Source of the DNA: Alphaproteobacteria bacterium
GTDB lineage: Bacteria; Pseudomonadota; Alphaproteobacteria; UBA828
Length of the DNA stretch: 64,000 nucleotides
Assembly: GCA_963667785.2 (NCBI GenBank)
Contig: CAXXMU010000002.1
Coordinates: 480,001 to 544,000 of the forward strand
Direction: 5' to 3'
Position numbers and translations under genes: made by a program
The notes under the pieces: model-generated
What the model saw: the letters and a program-made list of their open reading frames with translations, nothing else
The model's database searches: none
Told to the model about the DNA's origin: nothing
Shown here: positions 9,343-18,508 of the stretch, piece after piece
Numbering within the stretch: the first letter of the stretch is position 1
Layout of the letters: each line of letters opens with the position of its first letter

Positions 9343-10446
9343 CTACTCGACGACGAAGGTGGGGTTGAAATCGGCGGGCGCGAGGGAGAGGCGGGTGCTG
9401 AAGGCGTCGAGATTGGCCTGCTCGACGATGTGGATGAAGGGGCCGGCGTGCAGGTGTTCGAGCTTGCCTTCGAGCAGCCGCACCGCCATTTCGATCCCCA
9501 TCCGCCCCTGCAGGGCGGGAAAATCGGTCGGCGCGGCGAGGATGCGGTCGCGCTTGATGCCGCGATAGACGGCGTGGGTGAAGTAGTCGGCGAGCACCCG
9601 GATCTGCCCGGTGAGGCCGCGCGCCCGAAGCAGGCTCACCGCAGCGCCCGCGGTGACCGCGCTGCCCACGATGTAGTCGATGTCCGGCCGCTCCTCGAGC
9701 GCCTCCTCCACCAGGATGAGCTGGATCTCGCGCCCGGTGTCGCCCCACTTGCGCACGACGATGTCGACGGCGCTGCCTGCGAGCGCCTCGGTGAAGCCTT
9801 CCTCGACGAAGTGGGCCCACTGCGATTCGCGCGGGCCGGGGAACCACGCGACCTTGACCGGCGGCGTGCCCGCCGGATGCAGGCCGGCCAGATAGGCGCC
9901 GGTCACCTCGCCCATCGTCACCCAGGAGACCGCGGCCTTGGCGCTGATACCGGGGTCGGCGATGTCGTTGACCACGGCGATCACGGGAATGCTCTCGCTG
10001 ATCGCGAGCACCGCCTCCGTCAACCCGTCGAAGCTCACCGCCCCCAGCGCCAGGATGTCCGCCTCGCGCGCGCAGTCGATGATCTGGGCGATCTGGCGGG
10101 CGAGGTTGGGGTAGCCGCCGGCCTCGACGACGCGGAGCGCGACGCCCAGCCGCTTCGCCTCCTCGACCATGCCGTAGTTGACGCTCAGCCAGTACGAATC
10201 CTTGAGGTGGGGGTAGGACGCGCAGATCCGCCACTTCCGCGAGGCGCTGGAGAGGGGCCGATGGGTGATGGTCGTCGTCGGGCTGCGGAAGTCGAAGGGC
10301 GGGGACCAGACCTCGAGTGACCACGTGGATGGGGTCGTGTCCGCGGCTGCCGGAGCGGGCTCCTGCGCCAGCCCCGCGACCAGCGCGAGGCCCACGAGGA
10401 GCCCGAGAACCGGCCGTGACGGGCGTCCCGGTTTCATGAGCGCCAT
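9343..10446 (-). CDS. torT: Periplasmic TMAO-binding protein TorT
   Basis: Signal peptide; W.IC..YPHLKDSYWLSVNYGMVEEA.RLGV and EAGGY typical of TorT; divergent from torS. Confidence 0.9.
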   Translation of the reverse strand: MALMKPGRPSRPVLGLLVGLALVAGLAQEPAPAAADTTPSTWSLEVWSPPFDFRSPTTTITHRPLSSASRKWRICASYPHLKDSYWLSVNYGMVEEAKRLGVALRVVEAGGYPNLARQIAQIIDCAREADILALGAVSFDGLTEAVLAISESIPVIAVVNDIADPGISAKAAVSWVTMGEVTGAYLAGLHPAGTPPVKVAWFPGPRESQWAHFVEEGFTEALAGSAVDIVVRKWGDTGREIQLILVEEALEERPDIDYIVGSAVTAGAAVSLLRARGLTGQIRVLADYFTHAVYRGIKRDRILAAPTDFPALQGRMGIEMAVRLLEGKLEHLHAGPFIHIVEQANLDAFSTRLSLAPADFNPTFVVE

Positions 10447-10493
10447 TCTGGGGTCGATTGCCTTTCGATTCCAACCGGTGTTCTACTTCCGCG

Positions 10494-13457
10494 ATGTTCG
10501 GTCGCTTCGGTATCGCGAGCCGGCTGTTCGCCGCCTTCTTCGGCGTCGCGGCGCTGTCCATCGCCGCCGGCGTCATCGGCTGGGTGGTGCTGCGCAACGT
10601 CGATACGGCGCAGACCACGATCGTCGACCAGGCCATGCCGGCGATCGCCGAGGCGCGGATCATCGCCGAGACGTCGTCGCAGATCGCCGCGCACGGCGCG
10701 CTCCTGGCCAACGCCGAGAGCGAAGCGGAGCGCCAGGCCGAGACGCATATTCTGCGCTCCACCACCGATCTGCTCTCGGCTCGGCTGGACGCGCTGGAAG
10801 GGTACGGCTTCCCCGAGCAGGAGGTTGCCGAGCTGCGCGGCGTGGTCTCGGCGCTGGCGGCCAACCTCGACCGGCAGGGAGAGATCGTCGCGGCGCGTAT
10901 CGGGGTGAGCGCCGTCCTGGCCGCGTCGATTGCGCGCACGCTGGAGGCGGCCGGCGATCTCTCCGTCCTGTCGGAGACCCTCACCTCCAACGCCGCATCG
11001 GGCGCGACGGTCGTCATCTCCAACCTCTACGAGCTCGCCGAGGATCCGGCGCGCCTTCCGGCCACCTTCGATGCCTTCGACCGGCTGGTCGAGGCCGACC
11101 TCTTCCTCCTCGAGCGGATGTTCGAGCTCAGGATGCGCGCCTCCGAGCAGGGGCTGCTGTTGAACCAGCTCGGCCGCGCGCGCGACACGGGCGAGATCAA
11201 CTGGATCGAGGAGCGTTACAGCGGCAACCTCCGCATCCTCACGCGCCGCGTGGCCCTGATCGACGACCCGATCCGCCGCGAGCAGGCGGCGACGCTGGTC
11301 GCCGCGCTCTCGTCGGACGGCCCCCCCGGCACGCTCGGCCTCTTCGACCTTCGTCGCGAGGCGCTCGGCCTCGATGCGGCGCTGGCCGTCCTTGCCGACG
11401 ACAACCGGGCACTGACCGAGACGATGAACGAGCATGTCGCCGCGGTCGTCTCCCGCTCGCAGCTGATCGCCGCGGGCGCGTCGGAAGCGGCAGACAGTGC
11501 CGTCGAGTTCGGCGGGCTCACCGTCCTCCTCCAGATCGTGCTGTTCATCGCCATCGCCGGCGCCATCGCCTGGCTCTACGTGCACCGCAACCTCGTTCAC
11601 CGGCTGTCCGCGCTGCACCGGGTCATGCAGAGTCTGGCGGCGGGGCGCCTGGATGTGGCCGTGCCGACGGGCGGTCGCGACGAGCTCTCTGACATGGCCG
11701 ATACGGTGCGCGTGTTCCGCGACCAGGCGATCGTCAAGCAGCAGTTGGAGGAGGAGCGTGAACGGACGAACGCCGAGCTGCGCCAGCACAAGGAGGAGCT
11801 GGAAAGGCTCGTCGCCGAGCGCACCGCGCAGCTCACCGAGGCCAACGCCCGGCTCGTGGAGGAAGTAGAGAACCACGATCGGGCCCGCGCCCGCGCCGAG
11901 CAGGCGAGCCGCGCCAAGTCCGAGTTCCTGGCGACGATGAGCCACGAGATCCGCACCCCGATGAACGGGGTTCTCGGCATGTTGCGGCTGATGGCCGACG
12001 GTCCCCTGAACGAGAGGCAGCGGCAGCAGGTCAGGGTGATGCGCTCATCGAGCGAGATCCTGCTCGGCATCCTCAACGACATCCTCGACTATTCCCGAGT
12101 CGAGTCCGGAGAGATCGAGGTGGAGCACGCCGTCTTCGACCTGCACGAGCTGGTCGAGGACATCGTGGTGCTCATGCAGGGCCGCGCCCGGGAGAAGAAC
12201 CTCGCCCTCGAGCTCGCGATCGCGGACGGCGTGCCGACAGCGGTGGCGGGCGATCGGCAGAAGCTGAGCCAGGTCCTCCTCAACCTGCTGGGCAACGGCA
12301 TCAAGTTCACCGATCGTGGCTCCGTCACGCTGTCGCTCACCGGGGGCGAGGACACGGACACCGTGCGTCTGGCGGTGCGGGACACCGGCCCCGGCATCGC
12401 CGAGCAGGACCTCGCCCATCTCTTCGAGCCCTTCTACCAGGCGGCCGCGTCGCGCCGGCACGGACAGCAGACTGGCACCGGCCTCGGCCTTGCGATCTCG
12501 AGGCGGCTGGTCACGGCGATGGAGGGCCGGATCGGGGTCGAGACGGAGCCTGGGCGGGGAAGCTGCTTCTCGGTCACGCTGCCGCTGCCGCAGGCGGAGG
12601 CTGCCATTCAGCCGTCGGCCGCGGAGGCGCTGCCCTACGAGGCGGGCGTTCCCCTCAGCGCGATGAGCGTCCTCATCGTCGAGGACAATGTGGTCAACGC
12701 GATGGTCGTGGAGGCCTTCGTCGCCCGGATGGGTCACGAGCCGCTCGTCGCTTCGACCGCCGAAGAGGGGCTGGCGCTCCTGGAGAGACAGTCGTTCGAC
12801 CTGGTCCTCATGGATATCAGCCTGCCGGGCATCGACGGCATCGAGGCGACGCAGCGCATCCGCGCACACGCGGATTCCGCGATCCACTCGCTGCCGGTCA
12901 TTGCGATGTCGGCCCACGTCTTCGAGAGCGAGGTCGCCCAGCATCTTCAATCCGGAATGGATGCCTTCATCGGCAAGCCCATCGCGCCGGAGGCCCTGGC
13001 TCAGACCATCTCGAGCGTCCTCGGCCGTGCGCCCGGCTGGCGCGACCAGGAGGACCGGGGCCGGGCCGGCGACACGTCGATCATCGATCCCGCCGTGCTG
13101 GCGCAGGATCGTGCGGCGCTCGGCGCCGAGCGCGGCGTCCTGATGATCGAGACCTTCGTCGAGACGGCGCCGGTTCAGATCGACGGCATCAGGAGCGCAC
13201 TCGCCGAGGGCCGCGCCGAGCGGGCGGCGGACCTGGCCCATGCGCTGAGGGGCGCGGCGGGAAGTCTCGGGCTGCGTCGCCTCGCGGACCGTTGCGGTGC
13301 GCTGGAAGCCCGCGCCCGCACGCCGGAGGCGGCGGCCCTGGCCGACGAGCTACAGCGTCTGTTCGAGGAATCGCGGGAGGCGCTGGTGACGCTCTGGTCG
13401 GGTCTCGATTCCGGCGCGCGCGACGATCAGGCCGTCACGGCCGGGGTGAACACGTAA
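10494..13457 (+). CDS. torS: Hybrid sensor histidine kinase TorS
   Basis: TM, periplasmic helical domain, TM, HAMP; H-box FLATMSHEIRTPMNG; N/G boxes; REC (LMDISLPG); HPt (AHALRGAAGSLG). Start could be 10458. Confidence 0.9.
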   Translation: MFGRFGIASRLFAAFFGVAALSIAAGVIGWVVLRNVDTAQTTIVDQAMPAIAEARIIAETSSQIAAHGALLANAESEAERQAETHILRSTTDLLSARLDALEGYGFPEQEVAELRGVVSALAANLDRQGEIVAARIGVSAVLAASIARTLEAAGDLSVLSETLTSNAASGATVVISNLYELAEDPARLPATFDAFDRLVEADLFLLERMFELRMRASEQGLLLNQLGRARDTGEINWIEERYSGNLRILTRRVALIDDPIRREQAATLVAALSSDGPPGTLGLFDLRREALGLDAALAVLADDNRALTETMNEHVAAVVSRSQLIAAGASEAADSAVEFGGLTVLLQIVLFIAIAGAIAWLYVHRNLVHRLSALHRVMQSLAAGRLDVAVPTGGRDELSDMADTVRVFRDQAIVKQQLEEERERTNAELRQHKEELERLVAERTAQLTEANARLVEEVENHDRARARAEQASRAKSEFLATMSHEIRTPMNGVLGMLRLMADGPLNERQRQQVRVMRSSSEILLGILNDILDYSRVESGEIEVEHAVFDLHELVEDIVVLMQGRAREKNLALELAIADGVPTAVAGDRQKLSQVLLNLLGNGIKFTDRGSVTLSLTGGEDTDTVRLAVRDTGPGIAEQDLAHLFEPFYQAAASRRHGQQTGTGLGLAISRRLVTAMEGRIGVETEPGRGSCFSVTLPLPQAEAAIQPSAAEALPYEAGVPLSAMSVLIVEDNVVNAMVVEAFVARMGHEPLVASTAEEGLALLERQSFDLVLMDISLPGIDGIEATQRIRAHADSAIHSLPVIAMSAHVFESEVAQHLQSGMDAFIGKPIAPEALAQTISSVLGRAPGWRDQEDRGRAGDTSIIDPAVLAQDRAALGAERGVLMIETFVETAPVQIDGIRSALAEGRAERAADLAHALRGAAGSLGLRRLADRCGALEARARTPEAAALADELQRLFEESREALVTLWSGLDSGARDDQAVTAGVNT

Positions 13458-14131
13458 CCCTCGCCGTGCACCGTCACGATGAGCTCGGGCGCGCCCGGGT
13501 TCTCCTCGATCTTGCGCCGGAGCCGGCGGACCAGGACGTCGATGGTGCGATCGCTGGGATCCCAGGACCTGTGGGTGATCAGCGCGAGAAGACGCTCCCG
13601 CGAGAGCACTTGGCCGGGATGCTCCGCCAGGGCCGCGAGCAATTCGTGCTCGGCGCGGGTGAGCTGCACGATCTCGCCCTCCGGCGAGATCAGCTTGCGC
13701 GCCGCCGTCGAGAACGTCCAGCCGGCGAAGCGGCGGCCGGGCGAGGGCTCCCGCGGGCCGTCGCCGGCACGGCGCAAGACGCTCTTGACGCGGGCCAGCA
13801 GCTCGCGCGGGTTGAACGGCTTGGTGATGTAGTCGTCGGCGCCGATCTCCAGGCCGACGATCCTGTCCACCTCGTCGGTCCGCACCGTGACGAGGATGAT
13901 CCCGACCCTGCTCTGGGCCCGAAGCTTGCGGGTCAGGTCGAGGCCGTCCTCGCGCGGCAGGTTGATGTCGAGCAGGATCAGGTCGGCGGCATCCCGCTCC
14001 AGGATCCGCCACATGCCGTCGCCGTCCTCCGCCTCGCTCACTCGGTGGCCGGCGGCTTCCGCGTAGCCGGCGAGCTTGGTACGGGTAACGGCGTCGTCCT
14101 CGACCACAACGATATGGTAGGGATCGGTCAT
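13427..14131 (-). CDS. torR: OmpR-family response regulator TorR
   Basis: REC (VVEDD, LLDINLP, KPF) plus winged helix (DRTIDVLVRRLRRKIE, TVHGEGY); 3' end overlaps torS by 31 bp. Confidence 0.88.
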   Translation of the reverse strand: MTDPYHIVVVEDDAVTRTKLAGYAEAAGHRVSEAEDGDGMWRILERDAADLILLDINLPREDGLDLTRKLRAQSRVGIILVTVRTDEVDRIVGLEIGADDYITKPFNPRELLARVKSVLRRAGDGPREPSPGRRFAGWTFSTAARKLISPEGEIVQLTRAEHELLAALAEHPGQVLSRERLLALITHRSWDPSDRTIDVLVRRLRRKIEENPGAPELIVTVHGEGYVFTPAVTA

Positions 14132-14160
14132 TCCGCGGTCACGCGCGTCGCCTTTGGCTG

Positions 14161-14236
14161 ATTGTCACATCTTATACCATTTTTTACAGGCCATTTACGG
14201 GATGGGTCTGTCTTGTTCACAACGCCTCTCTACGCT
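14161..14236 (+). promoter_or_regulatory. AT-rich torR/tmoX divergent promoter with phased candidate TorR boxes
   Basis: TTTTTTACAG (14180), CCATTTACGG (14191) and TTGTTCACAA (14213) in 11/22-bp phase, resembling the E. coli tor box CTGTTCATAT; TACGCT -10 at 14231. Confidence 0.5.
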
Positions 14237-14303
14237 GCGGCTTAGCTGCGCGGATTCCTGCGCAGGCGAGAGACTGCACGCAAGGAACAGTGAGGAGGCG
14301 ACT

Positions 14304-15272
14304 ATGGTGGGAACGAAGGTGAGGCGGTGGGTGATCGCCCTCGTCGCGGGGGCCGCGGTCGGCCTTGCGGGCGCCGTGTCCGGCGTGGCGCAGGCGGCGG
14401 ACTCCGACGACCCGATCAAGATCCCGATCCACAACTGGTCGAGCCAGATCGTGGGTGCCCATGTCCTGGGCAAGGTGCTCAACGGCCAGGGCTTCGCGAC
14501 GGAGTTCATCAACGCGGACAGCCAGGTGGTCTACACCTCGATGTGCGAAGGCGATATCGACGTCGTTCACGAGGTCTGGCAGGGCGCGTTCGGCGTGGCC
14601 TTCGAGCAGGTGGTGGCGGAAGGATGCGTGATCGACGCCGCGACCCATGACGCCAAGACCCGCGAGGAGTGGTGGTATCCCTCCTATGTCGAGGAGCAGT
14701 GCCCGGGCCTGCCCGACTGGCAGGCGCTGAATGCCTGCGCCGAGCTCTTCTCGACCCCCGAGACGGCCCCGAAGGGTCGCTTCCTCGGTGGCCCGGTCGA
14801 CTGGTTGAAGCACGACGCCGAGCGCGTCGAAGGCCTCGGCATGGACTTCGAGGTGGTGAACGCAGGCTCGGCCGCGGCGATCTGGGCCGAGCTCGCATCG
14901 GCGTTCGAGCGCAAGGCCGCCATCGTACACTTCAACTGGACGCCCAACTTCATCGAGGCGATCTACGACGGCAAGTTCGTCGAGTTCCCGGAGTATGGCG
15001 AGGCCTGCAAGGATGACCCGGCCTGGGGTCTCAACCCCGACATGACCTACGACTGCGGCAACCCGAAGGACGGCTATCTCAAAATCGGCGTCTGGAACGG
15101 TATGCCCGACAAGTGGCCGACGGCCTACGCCATCATCTCGAAGATGAACCTGACCAACCTCGACATCGCGGTGATGTCCAAGCTCGTCGACATCGACGGC
15201 ATGGAGATCGAAGAGGCCGCCGACAAGTGGCTGGCTGACAACGAAGCCAAGTGGATGGGCTGGGTGAACTAG
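14304..15272 (+). CDS. tmoX: TMAO ABC transporter substrate-binding protein TmoX
   Basis: DPIKIPIHNWSSQIV, EVWQGAFG, TREEWWYP, CPGLPDW, GPVDWLKH, FNWTPNF, YDCGNP recall Roseobacter TmoX; RBS GAGGAGG; context torRTS and tdm. Confidence 0.88.
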   Translation: MVGTKVRRWVIALVAGAAVGLAGAVSGVAQAADSDDPIKIPIHNWSSQIVGAHVLGKVLNGQGFATEFINADSQVVYTSMCEGDIDVVHEVWQGAFGVAFEQVVAEGCVIDAATHDAKTREEWWYPSYVEEQCPGLPDWQALNACAELFSTPETAPKGRFLGGPVDWLKHDAERVEGLGMDFEVVNAGSAAAIWAELASAFERKAAIVHFNWTPNFIEAIYDGKFVEFPEYGEACKDDPAWGLNPDMTYDCGNPKDGYLKIGVWNGMPDKWPTAYAIISKMNLTNLDIAVMSKLVDIDGMEIEEAADKWLADNEAKWMGWVN

Positions 15273-15289
15273 CCCAGAGCCATTGGCGA

Positions 15290-15334
15290 CGAGGGCGCCG
15301 CCTTTCTCCCTGTGGCGGCGCCCTCGCTTTATTT
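15290..15334 (+). terminator. Intrinsic terminator/attenuator after tmoX
   Basis: CGAGGGCGCCGCC-N11-GGCGGCGCCCTCG followed by CTTTATTT. Confidence 0.7.
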
Positions 15335-15458
15335 CGTGCCCCTGCCGGCCCATAGTACCGGCACAAGGCGGTCGCGCCCCGTGCCGCAGGCTCAGGGGCG
15401 ACATGTCGCGAGCACGGGGCTGCGGCACGGGTTCCGCCACAAGCGGGGGAGGCGCCCC

Positions 15459-16481
15459 TTGGCCGAACCAATTCTCTCGTGCAGCAGCGTCTGGAAACTG
15501 TTCGGTCCCAAGCCCCGCTCGTTCATGCAACGGCACGGGGGGGCGCCGGACCTCGCCGCCATTCTCGAAGAAGGCTACATCCCCGCCGTGCGCGACGCCT
15601 CGCTGGAGGTCAATGTCGGCGAGATCTTGGTGATCATGGGGCTCTCGGGCTCGGGCAAGTCCACGCTCCTGCGCTGCCTCGCCCGCCTGATCGAGCCGAC
15701 CGTCGGCGCGATCGTGTTCGAGGGCCAGGACTTGCTCAAGGCGAGCAACCGGGAGCTCACGCAACTCCGCCGGCACAAGATGGGCATGGTGTTCCAGCAC
15801 TTCGCGCTGCTGCCGCACCGCACCGTGCTGCAGAACGTCGCCTTCCCGCTCGAGGTCCAGGGTATCGACCGCCGCACGCGGGAGGCTCGTGCCCGGGAGA
15901 TGATCGAGCTCGTCGGCCTCGAGGGGCGTGAGCGCTACTACCCGCGCGAGCTCTCCGGCGGCCAGCAGCAGAGGGTCGGGATCGCCCGCTCGCTCGCGGT
16001 GGGGCCCGAGCTCTGGTTCCTGGACGAGCCCTTCTCCGCCCTCGACCCGCTCATCCGCCGCGAGATGCAGAACGAGTTCCTGCGCCTCCAGAACATGCTG
16101 CACAAGACGATCCTGTTCATCACCCACGACTTCGACGAGGCCATCAGGCTCGCGGACCGGATCATCATCATGAAGGACGGCATCATCGAGCAGTCCGGTA
16201 CCGCCACGGAGCTCATCGAGAACCCGCTGACCGACTATGTGCGCGAGTTCACCAAGGACGTGGCGCGGGATCGCCTGCTCACCGTGGCGACGGCCATGCG
16301 CCCCGCCGCCGCCGGCGAGGGGACGCACGGCGAGGTCAGCGCGGACGCCACGCTCGCGGAGGTCGCGCCGCAGGTGATCGAGGCGGAGCGCCCGGTGGCG
16401 GTGGTCGGCGAGAGGGGCGAGATCGTGGGCGTGCTCGACCGCTTCCGCCTGGTCGACGCGATGTACGCCGACCGTACCTGA
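15459..16481 (+). CDS. tmoW: TMAO/betaine ABC transporter ATPase (ProV-like)
   Basis: TTG start after GGGGGAGG; Walker A GLSGSGKST, LSGGQQQRV, DEPFSALD, C-terminal CBS-like region. Confidence 0.85.
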   Translation: MAEPILSCSSVWKLFGPKPRSFMQRHGGAPDLAAILEEGYIPAVRDASLEVNVGEILVIMGLSGSGKSTLLRCLARLIEPTVGAIVFEGQDLLKASNRELTQLRRHKMGMVFQHFALLPHRTVLQNVAFPLEVQGIDRRTREARAREMIELVGLEGRERYYPRELSGGQQQRVGIARSLAVGPELWFLDEPFSALDPLIRREMQNEFLRLQNMLHKTILFITHDFDEAIRLADRIIIMKDGIIEQSGTATELIENPLTDYVREFTKDVARDRLLTVATAMRPAAAGEGTHGEVSADATLAEVAPQVIEAERPVAVVGERGEIVGVLDRFRLVDAMYADRT

Positions 16482-16484
16482 GTC

Positions 16485-18485
16485 ATGGCCGCCGAGCGAA
16501 CCGTCGGGGGATCGATCGGGGGCTCGGTTGCGGCGTCCCGCCGCCTGCTGCGCATGCCAGGCGCGGGGGTGCTGCTCGTGCTGGTGCCGTTCGTCGTTCT
16601 GCTGGCGCTCAAGCCCATCCTTCCCGAGGCCGGGATCGTCTGGCCTAAGAGCATCGCGGTCCCCTTCATCGACTGGATCAACGTCGTCGTCGACGTCTTC
16701 CGCAAGCACGAGATCTTCGGCGTCTTCACGGTCAAGGACGCGACGCGGACGATCGCGTACGGGATCGAGTGGCCGCTCGACATCATGGAGGGCCTGCTGG
16801 CGGGCGGCTTCAAGTCGATCGGCATCCCCGCCATCCCGTGGGTGATGATCGCGGGCCTCGCCGCGGTCTTCGGCTGGTGGCTGAAGGGCTGGCGGCTGGC
16901 GCTGCTCGCCGGCGGCTGCATCGTCTACTTCGCGCTCTTCGGCAAGTGGTCGCTGTCAATGACCACGCTCTCCCTCGTCCTGGTCGCGGCACCCATCGCG
17001 GGCGCGGTCGGCGTGGCGCTCGGGGTCGTCGCGGCCAAGTGGCCGCCCTTCGAGCGCGTGCTGTGGCCGATCCTCAACGTCATGCAGTCGTTGCCGCACT
17101 TCTCCTACCTGATCCCGGTGGCGCTCTTCATCGGCGTGTCGCACCGCGCGGGCGCCATCGCCACTATCCTCTTCGCCATTCCGCCGATGACGCGGCTCAC
17201 GGTGCTCGGGATCAAGGGCGTGGCGGAGGAAGTGCGCGAGGCCGGCCGCATGGCCGGCTGCACGCGCTGGCAGATGCTGTTCAAGGTCGAGATTCCGGCG
17301 GCGCGCGATTCGCTCATGCTCGGCGTCAACCAGGTCATCATGCAGTGCCTGGCGATGGTCGTGATCGCCTGCTTCATCGGTGCCAAGGGACTGGGGCAGG
17401 ATCTCCTGCTCCGTCTTCAGAACCTGAGCCTCGGGCAGGCGCTGGAGAACGGTGTTGCCGTGGTGCTCATGGCCGTGATGCTCGACAGGCTCAGCCGCGC
17501 GTTCTCCGAGAAGCAGCCCGAGCGTCGGCCCGAGGGCCCGTTCTGGCGCGTCCATCCCTATCTCGTGGCGGCTGCTATCGTCGTCGTCGCCTCCATCGTC
17601 GCGGCGGTGCTCACGCCCTATGCCCAGGAGTTACCCCGGTCCGCCACCATCACGACCGCGCCGTTCTGGGATGCGGTCGTCCGATTCATCACCATCACGC
17701 TCTACGACCCGCTCTCCTTCATCCGCGACGGCCTCCTGATCCACGTGCTGATCCCGCTGCGCTCAGGCTTCCAGTGGATGCCGTGGATCGCGGTTGCGGC
17801 GCTGGCCGGCGCCATCGGCTGGCGCCTCGCAGGCCCGCGGCTCGCGGCGACGGTGGCGGGCTTCGTGAGCTTCATCGCGCTCACCGGCTTCTGGGAGCGC
17901 GCCTCGATCACCGCCTACATGGTCTTCTTCGCGCTGCTGCTCTGCGTGATCTTCGGGCTGCCGCTCGGCATCTGGGCGTCGAAGACGGCGCGCCGCACCC
18001 GCTTCGTGCAGCTCCTCTGCGACACCTTCCAGACCTTCCCCTCGTTCATCTACCTGATCCCGGTGATCATGCTGTTCCAGGTGGGCGACGTGGCGGCGAT
18101 CACCGCCATCGTGATCTACGCGGCGATCCCCGTGGTCCGCTACACCGTCTTCGGGCTGCGCGGCGTGCCCAGCGAGACCATCGAGGCGGCGGTCACCGCA
18201 GGCTGCACGCCGCGGCAGATCCTGTGGAAGGTGCGGATGCCGCTCGCCTTTCCCGAGATCATGCTGGGGGTCAACCAGACCATCATGTTCGGCCTCTTCA
18301 TGGTGATCATCGCCGCCTTCATCGGCACCAAGGATCTCGGCCAGGAGATCTTCAGGGCGCTCACCTTCAATGACGCGGGCAAGGGCCTCGTGATCGGTCT
18401 CTGCGTCGCCTTTATCGGGCTGACGGTGGATCGTCTGGTCACGGAGTGGTCGGCGCAGCGGCGGCGCCAGCTCGGGCTCGCCTGA
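16485..18485 (+). CDS. tmoV: TMAO ABC transporter permease with two fused ProW-like domains
   Basis: Two copies of the MQ(S/T).P.F.YLIP...GVNQ...IG..GLG module. Confidence 0.85.
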   Translation: MAAERTVGGSIGGSVAASRRLLRMPGAGVLLVLVPFVVLLALKPILPEAGIVWPKSIAVPFIDWINVVVDVFRKHEIFGVFTVKDATRTIAYGIEWPLDIMEGLLAGGFKSIGIPAIPWVMIAGLAAVFGWWLKGWRLALLAGGCIVYFALFGKWSLSMTTLSLVLVAAPIAGAVGVALGVVAAKWPPFERVLWPILNVMQSLPHFSYLIPVALFIGVSHRAGAIATILFAIPPMTRLTVLGIKGVAEEVREAGRMAGCTRWQMLFKVEIPAARDSLMLGVNQVIMQCLAMVVIACFIGAKGLGQDLLLRLQNLSLGQALENGVAVVLMAVMLDRLSRAFSEKQPERRPEGPFWRVHPYLVAAAIVVVASIVAAVLTPYAQELPRSATITTAPFWDAVVRFITITLYDPLSFIRDGLLIHVLIPLRSGFQWMPWIAVAALAGAIGWRLAGPRLAATVAGFVSFIALTGFWERASITAYMVFFALLLCVIFGLPLGIWASKTARRTRFVQLLCDTFQTFPSFIYLIPVIMLFQVGDVAAITAIVIYAAIPVVRYTVFGLRGVPSETIEAAVTAGCTPRQILWKVRMPLAFPEIMLGVNQTIMFGLFMVIIAAFIGTKDLGQEIFRALTFNDAGKGLVIGLCVAFIGLTVDRLVTEWSAQRRRQLGLA

Positions 18486-18508
18486 GAGGCTGCGGGAAAG
18501 GAGGCGTC

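Noticed and set aside
9343-14131. Anaerobic TMAO respiration locus
   Set aside because: No torC, torA or torD in the window; the regulators flank uptake and demethylase genes.
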